From Camelus dromedarius (Eukaryota): a stretch of DNA of 64,000 nt. Of the stretch, positions 25,767 to 37,884 are shown one piece after another (positions within the stretch are counted from its first letter, which is position 1; every line of letters starts with the position of its first letter). The notes below the pieces were generated by a model that ran no database searches, was not told where the DNA came from, and worked only from the letters and a program-made list of their open reading frames with translations. The position numbers were made by a program, and so were the translations under genes. The stretch spans positions 11,904,001-11,968,000 of the forward strand of contig NC_087436.1 of NCBI RefSeq assembly GCF_036321535.1, given 5' to 3'.

Positions 25767-25931
25767 AAATTCCGTATTTCTTAGAACGTGCTTGATTTCA
25801 GTGCTCTTATTGCTGAATTATCTTATTATTCCTTCAGGTGTTGATTTTATCGCATTTTATCCAATTCATTTTTTTTATCCCATTCATTTTGATTTCTTTG
25901 GGAATTTCTACTATTGATAATGTGACGATGG

Positions 25932-28900
25932 TGCAGTTGAGTCTTGTATTTTTTTTTTTTAATCCATCCAGTCACCCTGTGTCTTTTGACTGGAGAATTT
26001 GATCCGTTTACTTTTAGAGTAATTATTGATCAGTAAGCACTTAGTAATGCTATCTTACTGTTTTTTTTTTTTTTTTTTTTGCCCATTTTGTAGTTCTCTT
26101 GTTCCCTTCTTCCTCTCTTGCTGCCTTCCTTTGTGAATCAATTATTTTCTGTAGTGGTATACATTGATTCCTTTTTATTTATTGTTTGCGAATCTATAAG
26201 TTATTGTTTTGTGGTTACCATGAGGCATACATAAAACAGCTTATAGATATAACAGTCTTTTTTTTACATTGATAACAATTTAACTTTAATTTAACATACA
26301 AAATCTTTACCTTTCTCCTACCCTCCTTTCATATTTTTTATTTCACAGTTCAGATCTTTTTATATTGTGTATCCATTAAAAATTATTGTTGCTATACAGC
26401 TATTTTTAATACTTTTGTCCTTTAACCTTTATACTAGAATCAATTGTTAACACCCCATCATTTTACAGTATTAGAGAACTCTGCATCTGAGTCTATGCTT
26501 GTGTTGTATATTTTCACATGTTTTTATATTATTAGGTAGTGTACTTTCATTCCAGCTTGAGTAACTTCTTTTAAAATTCTCTGTGAGGCAGGTCTAGTGG
26601 TGATGAAATCCTTTAGTTTTGCTTTTTAGGGAAAGTATTTATCACACTTTCATTTATGAAGGACAACTTTGTTGGTTCAAGTATTCTTGGTTGGCAGTTT
26701 CTCTATTTCCACACTTCAAAAATGTCATTCCTGTCTCTCCTGACCACTTCTGAGAAGTTGGCTGATAGCCTCATGGGGTTTTCCTTGCATGAGAGCTTTT
26801 TTTTTTTTTTTCTCTTGATGCTTTTAAAATTTTCTCTTTGTCTTTGATTTTAGATAGTTTTATTATAATGTGTCTTTGAGAAGATTGTAGATTGTGGATT
26901 GAAATTTGGGGTGTCTATTAGCTTTATGAATCTGGGTGTCCAAATCTATCCCCAGGTTTGGGAAATTCTCAGCCATGATTCTTTAAATAAGATTCCTGTC
27001 CTTCCTTCCTCTCTTCTCCTTCTGGGCCTCCAATGATACAAAAATTGTTTCTTCTAATGGAGCCCTATAAATCATGTAAGATTTCTTCATTCCTTTTTTT
27101 CTTTTTTGTTCCTCTTATTGGCAGGGAATAGGTTCTTGCCTTGTACAGGAAAGAATTCAAGAGCAAGGCATAGTAAAGTGAAAGCAAGTTCATTTAGAGA
27201 GATACACATCGGAAGACATAGTGGGGTCTGTCTCACTCAGAAGGGAGAGCAGCTTAGGAGATGCACACTCCATAGGAAGAATGAGGGTGATCTCAAAAGG
27301 CAAGAAGGAGTGAGATTGAGAGGTGTGGGGTATTTAGTTTAAAGTATAGGTAGATACACACTCCATAGATAGAGTGCAGGCCATCTCAGAAGGTAAGAGA
27401 GAGACTGACCATGAGGTGCAGAGTTGTTAGTTTTTAATGGGCTTGGTAATTTCATATGCTAGTGAGCAGGAGGGTTTTTCCAGCTACTTGAGGAAGTGGC
27501 ATGGATTTCTAAGAGTTGGGTCCCTGCCCACTTTTTGACCTTTGATGGTCAGTTTAGGAACTGTGATGGTGCCTGTGGGTGTGCCATCAGGCTCAAGGTC
27601 TACCAGAATCCAAATCTTCTGCCATCGTGGCTCTAACCAGTCTGCCCTGTCCTCAGTTGTTGTGTCACTCCTTCAGTGGTTGGGCCCTGCCCTCTTCCCT
27701 CCTGTCTCACTCTGATTGGATAATTTTAATTGATCTATCTTCAAGCTTCCTGTTTCTTTCTTCTGTTTGGTCGATTCTGCTATTGAAGCTCTCTATTGAA
27801 TTTTTTAGTTCAGTCCTTTGTCTCCAAAATTTCTGTTTGGTTCTTTTCTATGCTTTTATCTCTTTGTTGAACTCATTTTGTTCTCATATTTATCCCCTGA
27901 TATCATTATAGTTTTTAATCTGTTTTCTCTTGAAGCTCTCTGAGCATCTTTTGAATTCTTTTTCAGACAATTCTTGAATCTCCATTTTTTGGGGGACCAG
28001 TAACTGGAATTCACTGTATTTATTTGATGGATTATTTGTGATCCCTGTAGCTTTGCGTAGGTGTCTGCACGTTTGAAGAAGCAGTCACCTCTTCCAGACT
28101 TTATGGATTAACTTTGACAAGGGAAGGCTTTTGTCTGTGAGCAGAAGCATGCTAGAACTTACTGTGACTCTGGAATTAGTGGTGCAAGGTGTCAGGTACA
28201 AGATTGTGTGGTGGCACCAGGCCCAGGGCGTTGTGATTTCTTTTTGGCTCAGGCCAGTAGGACCCATAGCATCTACAATTGTCTGGTACTTAGTAAGTAT
28301 TTTGGGTGGGTTTGCAGTGCTTGCAAGGACTGTTGGGGTTCTCAGCAGAGCCTTAAGTTCCAGTGGGTAGGGTCCAGGGCAGGTCCAGGTTGGGGCCAGA
28401 GCAGTGGTATGCATAGATTCAGTTGTAGGGGACAGCTACAGGTACCTGTGTGGTGGCAGTCGCCAGTTACAGACACACATGTAGTGATGGGGGTCAGGGC
28501 AGGCACCAGGACCCACTAGCAGCTGCAGGAGCTCTGACGGTCAGTATGCATTACCCTGGTCATTGCGTCTTGCCACAGGAGCATGACAGTGGAGGCTGTT
28601 GACAAGGATCAGGCTGGGGGTGGCAGTGGACAGCTGGAGGTGCTGGCTACAGTGGTGCAGCCCAGTGACAAAACACAGGGCTTGGTCCAGGCCCACAATA
28701 GCTATGAGGACCCTGGCAATTAATGTGCTGTCCTGTGACCATGCAGCCTCCCCCCAGAGGTGTGCACTGGAGTGGAGAGTGGTGACAAGTATCAGGACAG
28801 TGGCATGCAAGTGCACAGCTGGAAAGTCTAACCCCTGGTTAGGCTGATGGGGATCAGCCACAGTGATCTAGGTGGTGTCTTGTACTCATGCGGCTGCAGA

Positions 28901-29512
28901 GGCCTGGCCTGGATGCCTGTGCAGCTTCTGGGCTCCAGTGGGGCTTGGGGGCAGGGAGTGAGGAGGTCCTCAGATGGTGAATGTTAACACCTGTGGGGCA
29001 AAAGCTGGTGAAATCTGCAGAGATTCGTAATAGCTACACTGACCATTGGTTTCCTCGGTGATGAAAGCTGCTGGGTTTGTCTGCAGACCAGGTCACTGTG
29101 AACTCCTGCTGAGTGGCTGCTACTTGTAGACCCTGTTTTACTTCCTTGTTTCTAGCTGTCTCTATACATCTCAGCTTTGCCAGTCTGGGTCGGATGAAAC
29201 CAAGGTAGGACCATCACGTGGTGTCCTGAATGGCTCAGGAAGCTGGTTGCTCACCCCACTTTTCTCTTCCCAGTGAGGAAAACTCTTTCTAACTGGCAAG
29301 TTCCCTCTTGGCTCTGAGCAGTGCTGGCTTGGATAATGGGGTGATGCCTTTCCTTCTTATTCAGTTATTTTTAAGGTTTTTGTTGTTGAAATTTCTCAAA
29401 TGGACTCCCAGAGCCTCCCAGTGCTGTTTTTGTTGTGGACAACTCTCTAATTGTTCATCTTTTGAGGGGGATGCAGGCTGGGGCCTCCTACAGTGCCATT
29501 TTGGTGATGTTC
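25932..29512 (-). mobile_element. 5' half of an old L1 (L1M2/3-like): 5' UTR, ORF1, spacer and start of ORF2; interrupted by an ERV1 LTR
   Basis: Reverse complement starts acatcaccaaaatggc (L1 start); ORF1 motifs gcaggtctagtggtgatgaaatcc and ccaggtttgggaaattctcagcc; ORF2 start ttttttaatccatccagtcaccctgtgtctttt. Confidence 0.85.
27116..27709 (-). mobile_element. ERV1-class solo LTR inserted in L1 ORF1
   Basis: ta(tg)...tca termini; 4-bp TSD ctct (27112-27115 / 27710-27713); aggaaagaattcaagagc U5 motif; L1 ORF1 resumes after it. Confidence 0.8.
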
Positions 29513-31199
29513 AGCTATCTTCCTCTCATTGTATACTTTTTATATCATGCCCTTCTTTTATCTAGGAAGTCTTATTATTTTTATATTACTTTTTAGTGCT
29601 GAAAAATATTTTCATAGATCCACGATTAGCTTTGTCCAATGGTGCATATTTGAATATAATTTATTAATCCTTTTGAACAATAAATATATTCCTATTTAAA
29701 TTATTTTACACAGATTTAATGGAAGGAAAGTTTTGCCACTGCTCCTCATTCAATCATCATTACTAAAGCTGCAAAATCTACATGTGTAGTAAACGTTTTA
29801 ATTTTTATTATTAAAGTTATAATTATTAGTATTAATTATAATTTTGAGCCATAAAATTGTAGACATTTCAAGCTTCTTGATTTGTTGGCACTTACTGAGT
29901 GCGGCCTTAGGCTGGAATGCTCTGTGCAGTGGTGCTTTGCTTGTGTTTTGTCTGTTCCTTCCCTTGCACTCAGTCTGCATGTTGCTAAAATCATCCCCTT
30001 CCTTTCTCCCTGAACAATGTTGAAAGTGTCATGTGTTATAAACCAAGAAGAAGTTAACTAAATTCATTAGAAAAATGTATAAAATATGAGTCTGGGGTTC
30101 TGCATAAGAACTTGACGGCCTATTCTTAAATAAGGTATGTAACTTTCAGCAAATGAACATTGTCACACTTAGTGATTCTGTTCAGGAACCTTATTTTCTT
30201 ATTTATTCATTCTCTGCTACACTTTAGATGATTGGGATTTCCAGATAAATATAATGTTACTATACTGTTTTTCAAACGTGTTCTCTCTGGCTTGTAAAGT
30301 GAATTCTCTGTTGATTTCATTACACAAAGAGACACATCTTCTTTGACAGAGAAGCTGAATCTTCCTTTTAACCTCTTGAAAGTTGAAGGGATAATAATGT
30401 TGCATTTAATGCTAATTCATCCTGACAGTCTTACTCAAAATTTGGAGATGAACATTTCCCAGGGGGCAAGGTGGTTCTGTGCCCCATGAAATATGCTGGG
30501 ACTTCTGGACGTTCACTTGATACATCAAAATCACTCAGCTAGGTATTTACAAGGAATGTTTGCTGTCTTCTGGATGAAAATCATATGTCCAATACTTGAA
30601 GAAATCTTGTGTAAGGCCCAAGAGAAACTGATAGTAAATCATCAGCTAGTTTTAATGGAAAAAAAGAGTGAAGAAACCCAAGGCCACTTAAAAAAATTCC
30701 AGGGCTAATGCAAAGAATATCTCAGATGGTTTCTCCTAAGGGAGTGCCTTCCTTTGGAGGCATTTTTTTTTCCCCCTGGGCTACATTTAGCATATGAAGA
30801 AAGGTCCTGTTGAATAAAATGCCAATTGTTCTAGTAGCTACTAGTTAATGAGGTCATTAAAGATCAATGATGTGGTTTTTCTAACACAAAATGGAAAAAG
30901 CTAATAAATATGTTAATAGTGGAAAATGACAGCTGGTTATGGATATTATATATCCCATTGGTTTAACTAATTTTACCTGGTGTCATTAATATAAAAAATT
31001 TCAAGGATACAAGGTACATATAGGAAAAAAGAATGACAAGATTACTGGTCAGGCTAAGAGGTTGAGGATGGTGGGAAAACACTAAGACGCAAAGGAAGGT
31101 GAAAATGTGGACAATCCTGGTTAGTCAAAAGATCCACTTATAAAAACTAAGGGAGATGAAAACATTTGAACTCTTTGCATCACATCTCCTATTAGCAAG

Positions 31200-31320
31200 T
31201 CGATTTAGCATGACATTTAAGAATATGAGTTTTGGAGTTAGACAAAATTATATTTGAATCACAGCTCTTCATTGAAGAGCTTTGTTATGTTAGGGGTGTT
31301 GGGAAGGTTAAATTAAGTCT
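31200..31320 (+). mobile_element. MIR fragment
   Basis: ttaagaatatgagttttggagttagac...tttgaatcacagctct. Confidence 0.65.
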
Positions 31321-31369
31321 TTCTCTCTTTTTTTTGTTTTTTTTTTTGGTATCAACTAAGATTTAAAAA

Positions 31370-31907
31370 AATCTGCACACAGAAAAATTCCATCATAAGT
31401 GCCTTAAACATTAAAGAAAATTTTACATAACAAGGATATTGGAGACAGGGTCATTTCAGGGTTGATTAATTCAGTGGCTTACCAGAATCATCAAATTCTC
31501 TGGTTCTTTTCATCTTTCTGTTTTGCCATTATCATCCTTTTGGCTTATTTTCATACACTGTCACCACAATCCCAAGAGGCAACTGCAGATCTGAGAGTTG
31601 CATGAAGGTGAAAAATGTCCAGAAAAGGGGGTGGTTCTTACTAAGCGATTGCCAATGAAGACAGTCTTTCCCAGAATTCCCACAGCAGATCCCCTCTGAT
31701 CTTATTGGCCAGGACTATGTCAAATGCTGATTCCTGGCAAGGTCAATGGGACTGCCTCAATGAGCTGTGACCAGTCATGGTATTGCCCCCATGCTTGGAG
31801 AAGAGCCCAGCACCCTATGCACATAGTGACGGCGGGCCAATATTCAAACAGGTCGTGTTTCTGTGAAGAAACAGGCTGTCAGAGAGGCAACAAAGAGTTT
31901 CCGTCAT
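31370..31907 (-). mobile_element. MLT1J/K-type LTR
   Basis: cagggttgattaattcagtggct...tctttcccagaa...cttattggccaggact...aggcaacaaagagtttc. Confidence 0.7.
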
Positions 31908-32566
31908 GGTGGGTAGGCATGTGATATCATACTAAAGTGCCTGAAATAATCAGCAGGGAATAACTACTAGATATTATTATAAATTTGGGACATACATGTT
32001 TTGGTGTTTTATTTAAGAATATTCAAATCTGCCGTAGGGAGTAAGAAGACAAATGAAACTCAGTATTAATAATTAGTAAGGGAGTAGATTCTGAGGCATT
32101 CTACACATAGCTTAATCAAAGGAATGAGTAAAAACAGCATACATGTACTGGACAAAGATACAAAAAAAGGAAAGGACCCAATAAGGTCTTTGAATATTTA
32201 TGACTTGCAGGTTATATCACCATAGAAATCCATTGGTGGAATCCATTCTGGTCCCAGGTATCTTTCCTGAAACAAACAAACAGAGCAAAGCTATCTATGG
32301 CTGCTCAGCTAGTTATTGGTGAGTTATGGCTATGGCAAGTGTACTTGTTCATGTGTGCTTCTGCTAGAAAAAGAGTGTGTTTATTCCAGACATCTTTCAT
32401 TGGCTGAGTTCTCTTGTTCAGTCTCAACTCTAATATTTATAACCACACTGGCTGCTGGAAGGGGAGATGAAGTGGGTAGAAGGTGAGGTAGTCAGAGAGA
32501 AGAGTGTATATTGACTAACAAAAGACTCAGGTAATGTGATGCTTTTACTCCACATGCACTCTGTTT

Positions 32567-32714
32567 CTGTGTGTGCGTGTGTGCGTGCGTGAATGCGTGT
32601 GTGTTTATTGAGGTATAACTGACATATAACAATTATATTAATTTGCAGTGTACAACATAATGATTTAATATTTGTATACAATGTGAAATAATCACCACAA
32701 TGTCTAGTTAACAT
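32567..32714 (-). mobile_element. Short L1MA-type 3' fragment whose tail has become a (TG/CG)n microsatellite
   Basis: tttattgaggtataactgacata...gtgtacaacataatgatt...gtctagttaacatc, preceded by tgtgtgcgtgtgtgcg. Confidence 0.8.
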
Positions 32715-34019
32715 CTGGTCCCAAGTGTTTTAACCTACCCCATTGCTTTCTCCTTGCTTCTCACTATGTGTTTTAAATTGATTCAGTAAGCTGTGATTTG
32801 AGCATCTGAATTTGGTTAGTGAATCTTTCAGAACAGTTTGCCTAGCTAGTAGTAGTAAACTCAAAGGCTACAATACATCAGGGTAATTTTCTGTTGAGAC
32901 AATAGTTTTATACAGAGAACAAGGAGGTCGGGGAGGGGACAGTAGAGATTACCTACCTCAGCTCCATTATTTTATATGTAGCAGTGGAGGTATTTAAAAA
33001 TGTATGCCTGCCCATGTCGAGCATAAGCCATATGATAGTAATTCTAACTAATACATCACTTTTTCACTGATATTTCATTGTGGGCACAGAAAGGAAGGAG
33101 ACAAATTTAACAAAGTGATAGTGTTTTGGGATTTAAAACCTTTTTGGTAACAATTTATACAATGATTCTGTTCCTTTTATAAGTACAGGGTATTACTTTC
33201 TGATAGGGATATGCTATTTAATGATTTATTATTCTTTCTGGTTTTATAAAATCAGAATTTTTAGTCTAGTTCATGTTTAAATTATGGGAATTTCAGAGAA
33301 AGAAGTCTGATTGGTCATTAGGGATGTATTCTGGTCAAGGTGGCTCAGTGACTTCATGCTTTGCTCCAAATACAGAGCAATAAAAGATGAAGTATGAAAG
33401 AGTTAACCAAACACTAGAGAAACCTTAGAAAAATGATGGGAAGGGCTGACCCTATTGGGCTTCAAATACGCAAGTATGCAGTAGTAGCTCTGAGTTCTAT
33501 TCACTGCAAAGGGGACTAAAGTGTTTGTGGGGACAGTGATGAGGGCTCTACACACTGTTTCAGTCCTGAAAATGCGATGACTGTAAGGTGCCTACGAAGA
33601 CCCTTGTGATCATGCATGAAGCAAGGTACCCACATGTTCTGTGTCTAGATCTGAGATATCGCTGCAGGACAGATAACCCAAAATATCACTACAAGAGCTA
33701 GTACTGGAAAGACAGCCCTTGGGCTGAGTGGAAGAGGCACAGAGGAAACAAAAGTGAGATCAAAGTAATAAAACCTCTGACTCACAATAGCCTATTAACA
33801 GAATTTTAAAAATGTACAAAGAAACTTAATACTAAGCAAATGGTAAACAAAAAATATAGTCAATATGTAGATTCATTTTAGCTAAAATTAATTTTAAAGA
33901 ACAATTTACAATAAGTCAATTTAGATGTTTTCCATAATAGACTAATTGGTCCCAGACTAAGCACCCAACAAAAAAAGATTATTAAACAGGACAAGTTATA
34001 TGAAATTAATTTTTTTTGG

Positions 34020-34950
34020 ACCCTAGATAAAAGGCTCAAGAATATAATCCCTCAGTTGTGGATAACACACGAGGTGAGCTCTGTGATGGCCCTGGCTTTC
34101 TGTTTGGAGACACTTTCTCATCCACTGTGCAAGGAAAGGAAACCTAACTAGAGGACAGTGGTCTTGCTGAGCTGATGTAGCAGAAATTAGAGTTTGGGAG
34201 AGTAAAGAAGCTGGATTGTGTGAGAAGAGTTGCCATGGAGGACACTGCAAAGAGGAGTTCATGAAATCTATATTGAGCATGCTCAGGGCAAAACTCCACA
34301 AGAATAAGCAAAAAAAAAAAAAAAACGATGAAGATGGAGAGGGAGAAGGAGAAGAAGAAAAACTGCTGGGAGCCGAGAAGGCAACAATTTCTGTAGTTTG
34401 TAAAAGGTTGGGGAATATTCAATTCCTAGCTACCCAGAGTGGAGAGATCTCAGCGAGCGCTCAGGATTTCAGTAGCATTCCCAGGTAGGCCGCCCCTTAG
34501 GAGTAGAGCTAATTTCTCCTTAGAGTAAAGAAAACTCGAGACCACCCTAACAAAGTTTGAAAAGAAGCCTTGAAAGTATTGAGAAAAGTTACAAACAAAT
34601 TAACTACCTGGCAGAACAAACCTTAAAATTCAAGGAAGACATGTAACAATGAGTGCCCATATGTCTAACATAAAGTAAAAGTTACTAGATATGTGAAGAA
34701 GAGAAAAATTTGTGACCCACAGGTAGGGAAAAAGTGAGCAAAAAATCAAAATATATGCAGCATTATGGATATAATGTAGTTAGCATACAAGGACTTTAAA
34801 ATAGCTATTATAAAGATACTCGAGGAATTAAAAGCAAAGATAAATATAATCAGGGAACAAAAAGGAATCTCAACCAAAAAATTGAAACCATAGAAAAGAA
34901 CCAAATGGAAATTTCTGAACTGAAAAATATAATATGTACAATGGACAATA
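34020..34950 (+). mobile_element. Old L1 (L1M4/MD-like) 5' region and ORF1 start
   Basis: gctgagctga...gcagaaattagagtttggg; aaggactttaaaatagctattataaa; aaaagaaccaaatggaaatt. Confidence 0.65.
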
Positions 34951-37277
34951 CCATCAGTTCTACAGCTGTAAACTTTAGTGTCCTTTTGGTTCTAAATAAA
35001 CAATTACATAATCCCTTCTAAGTGCACTTAAAAATGAAAAGGAAATATAAGAATCCAGGAGTTAATCATACCATGAAGGACTTGGGATCAGGAACTGAAA
35101 AATCAGAGGCAGCCATTCACTTAATTTCTCTAACTGTGGCCAAATGATCTTGTATCTCAATTTCTTTCTGTATATGTCTTCAAAACTCACTTTCTCTATG
35201 TAGCATGGTTTTCTCTGCCAACATGGCTGTCCCATACCACCTACGTTTAAATACTTAGATCCACCTACAGACTAAGGAACCTGTTTTCTCTTAGTCTCAA
35301 TTAATTCCTGTAAAAGAGAATCTAAGTCAGGTGTCTACCCCTGGTTTCATCTTCCACGGCTACGGGAGCCAATTAGTGCTGCCGGAACAAACCTGATTAC
35401 CATGGCCACCCAGAAGTACCTTTCTGTGAAGAGGAACATTTGTTGAATGAGCCCACTGCAAAACCAGCATTTTGAGGATATCAAATATATTCTGGTAATG
35501 AGTTATAAGAAAAATATGCATTTCACAACTTTAAAAAATGACATTTACTAAATGCCATATTATTAGTGAATTTTGAAATCTTTTACAAAATACAGTGAAG
35601 TCCTTTTTTCCTGTGAGTTCTTTGAAAAGTTTAAAAATAATTTATGCAATTGATAAAAATCAACAGCCAACCTCTGTGTTGATTAAGAAGATAGAAAGCG
35701 CTTCCTTCTCTTGGGAATAATGACCATGTTAAATCATTTACTACAACTTCATGTCAAATGACTCTGCTTTTTAGGGTCTAATCATCAAATGTAGTAAGAA
35801 CAACAGCAAACTAAGGATTATATTTCTAAATCAGACTAGTTTGGGACAATGCAATTTTCTTGAACAAGTATAACTGTCTACATTTTGTCTACAAGGCTGA
35901 GAACTGAACTGCCATCCTCTGTTGTATGAGTTTTGGACCAATAGTAAGAGCCATTAAGTACCCTGTGTTACCAAAGAAAGAATGATTCTGAAACATGGAG
36001 AAATAAAGGAGACAGGCTGTTGACTTCCTGATTTTCTTCTTTGTTCTTATTTCACTGATTTGGGGAGAAAATGCAGGAGTTCAGACAAAAGCTGAAAACT
36101 ATTCATGGCTGTGTAGAGCATCCCGCAAGAGGAAATCATAGGAATTAGGGTCTAGAGATAATACGTAGATATTTAAGTAACTAGTCATAGTAAGTAACTA
36201 GTAACATATGGCGTGATGAACAAAGGATGCCAACTGGATTAATTTAAGTGAAACACAAGTAGTTCAGGTGAGAAAAGAGCATATTCTTCAGATGTCTGCT
36301 GGTTGGAAAGATGTGCTGTGGTAGAATTAGAAGAGAATGAACATGATTCAGTTGTGGGTTCAGATGCCCAGATGAGTAAAGACTCAGGGCGACAGTGTTA
36401 AAGGAGAGATGAGATTCAGTTATTTAGGCCTCACTGTTTTGTCATGCTTACCATGTGAGATCACTTCCCCTTTTAAAAATGTCTTATTTAGCTCCGCCTT
36501 GCTTGGTTTGCACGTTCAGTAATGCTGCGCATTGTCGCTTCATTTGGCACTAAGAGCGACCATCAACTGTAAGCTGAGGATGAACTGCCCTTTTGTGAAG
36601 AGGTTTGGGCTGCCCTTATTTTGCGAATAGAAAGAGTACTGACTTCTAGTAAAACTTGGGAAGCCCTTAGTAAGGGCTTTATCGTCTCATTAAAACTTCA
36701 GTAATTAGGGAAATCGGTCAGCCATCGTCTCACTTTTGTGTGTGTGCTCTCTCACTATGCCAATTTGTCCATTCGCTCATGCGTTTGACGTGTTCACAGG
36801 AACTTCTGCCTAAAGCAGTGAGGAGGTTGAAGCATAGATTCTTATTAGGCTGATAAAATTAGACAGGACAAACCGTGCAGAAAAATTCATTCGAAAAAAG
36901 TGGGTAGTTATTCTATAGTCATTCTGTTACTCTATAGCAGGCTTTTGAGAAAAGTTAATTGACTTGTTTGGGTGTCAAAGCATTTATTTTCAAATAAACT
37001 GTTCTCTCTGCTAAGTTAATTTGCTTATATATTAATGTAAACTATGGCCACTTTTTCACAACAAAGGATAATACCCAAATTGCACTATAATCTTCCTGGG
37101 ACTATTGCAATGGTAATCATGATAATTCATATTTATACCCTTGATCTACAGTTTTCAAAGTATTTTCAAATAACCCAAATGGCTAACAGTAAAAGAAAAA
37201 AATTAAATTATAGTGTCTAGTTAAAAATTATTTTAAAAATGTGATCAGAAGAAGTGAGACCTTTATTTCATTTTGAC

Positions 37278-37368
37278 TTCTTTTTTATATTGAAGTATAG
37301 TTAATTTTAAATGTGGTGTGAATTCCTGGTATACAGTATAGTGATTCAGTTGTACATATATATATTCC
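37278..37368 (-). mobile_element. Short L1 3' terminal fragment
   Basis: ttttatattgaagtatagttaatt...ggtatacagtatagtgattcagtt. Confidence 0.75.
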
Positions 37369-37884
37369 TAGAAAAATCATTTCTAAAGAATTTTTATTGA
37401 CAGAAAAAATGTTTCTTATGGAATTTTAGTTTAAATGAATATATAATTCTAAATATTGTATGGTGCTAATTATATACATAAATATACATATTACCATCTT
37501 ATCCTAGTTTCTATGTATATATTTATTTCTATAAATACATCTATATAGCCTAGAAGTACATATACCAAGATGTTAAAGATTAACTCAATACAGTTTTTAT
37601 TATATTTTTTATACTTTCCTAAATTTCTCATTTGCTACAATCAATGAGTATTTATATTTTATAAAGTGTTATTTATAACTAACTTAACTCTTGTACTTAG
37701 CTAATGTAATGGTTGAAAAGAGTAAGGGAGTCTTGAGATATCTGCCACCAACCCAGGAGAGTGGGCGCCTGAGAGGACCTGCATTGCTTTAGGCAGTAAG
37801 ATGTGTGACATTCACACTCCTCACGCGTGGAGCACCGGAAGAGTGCACAGTGAAAGCTCACTGCAGAAATAGAGAACTGGGTAA

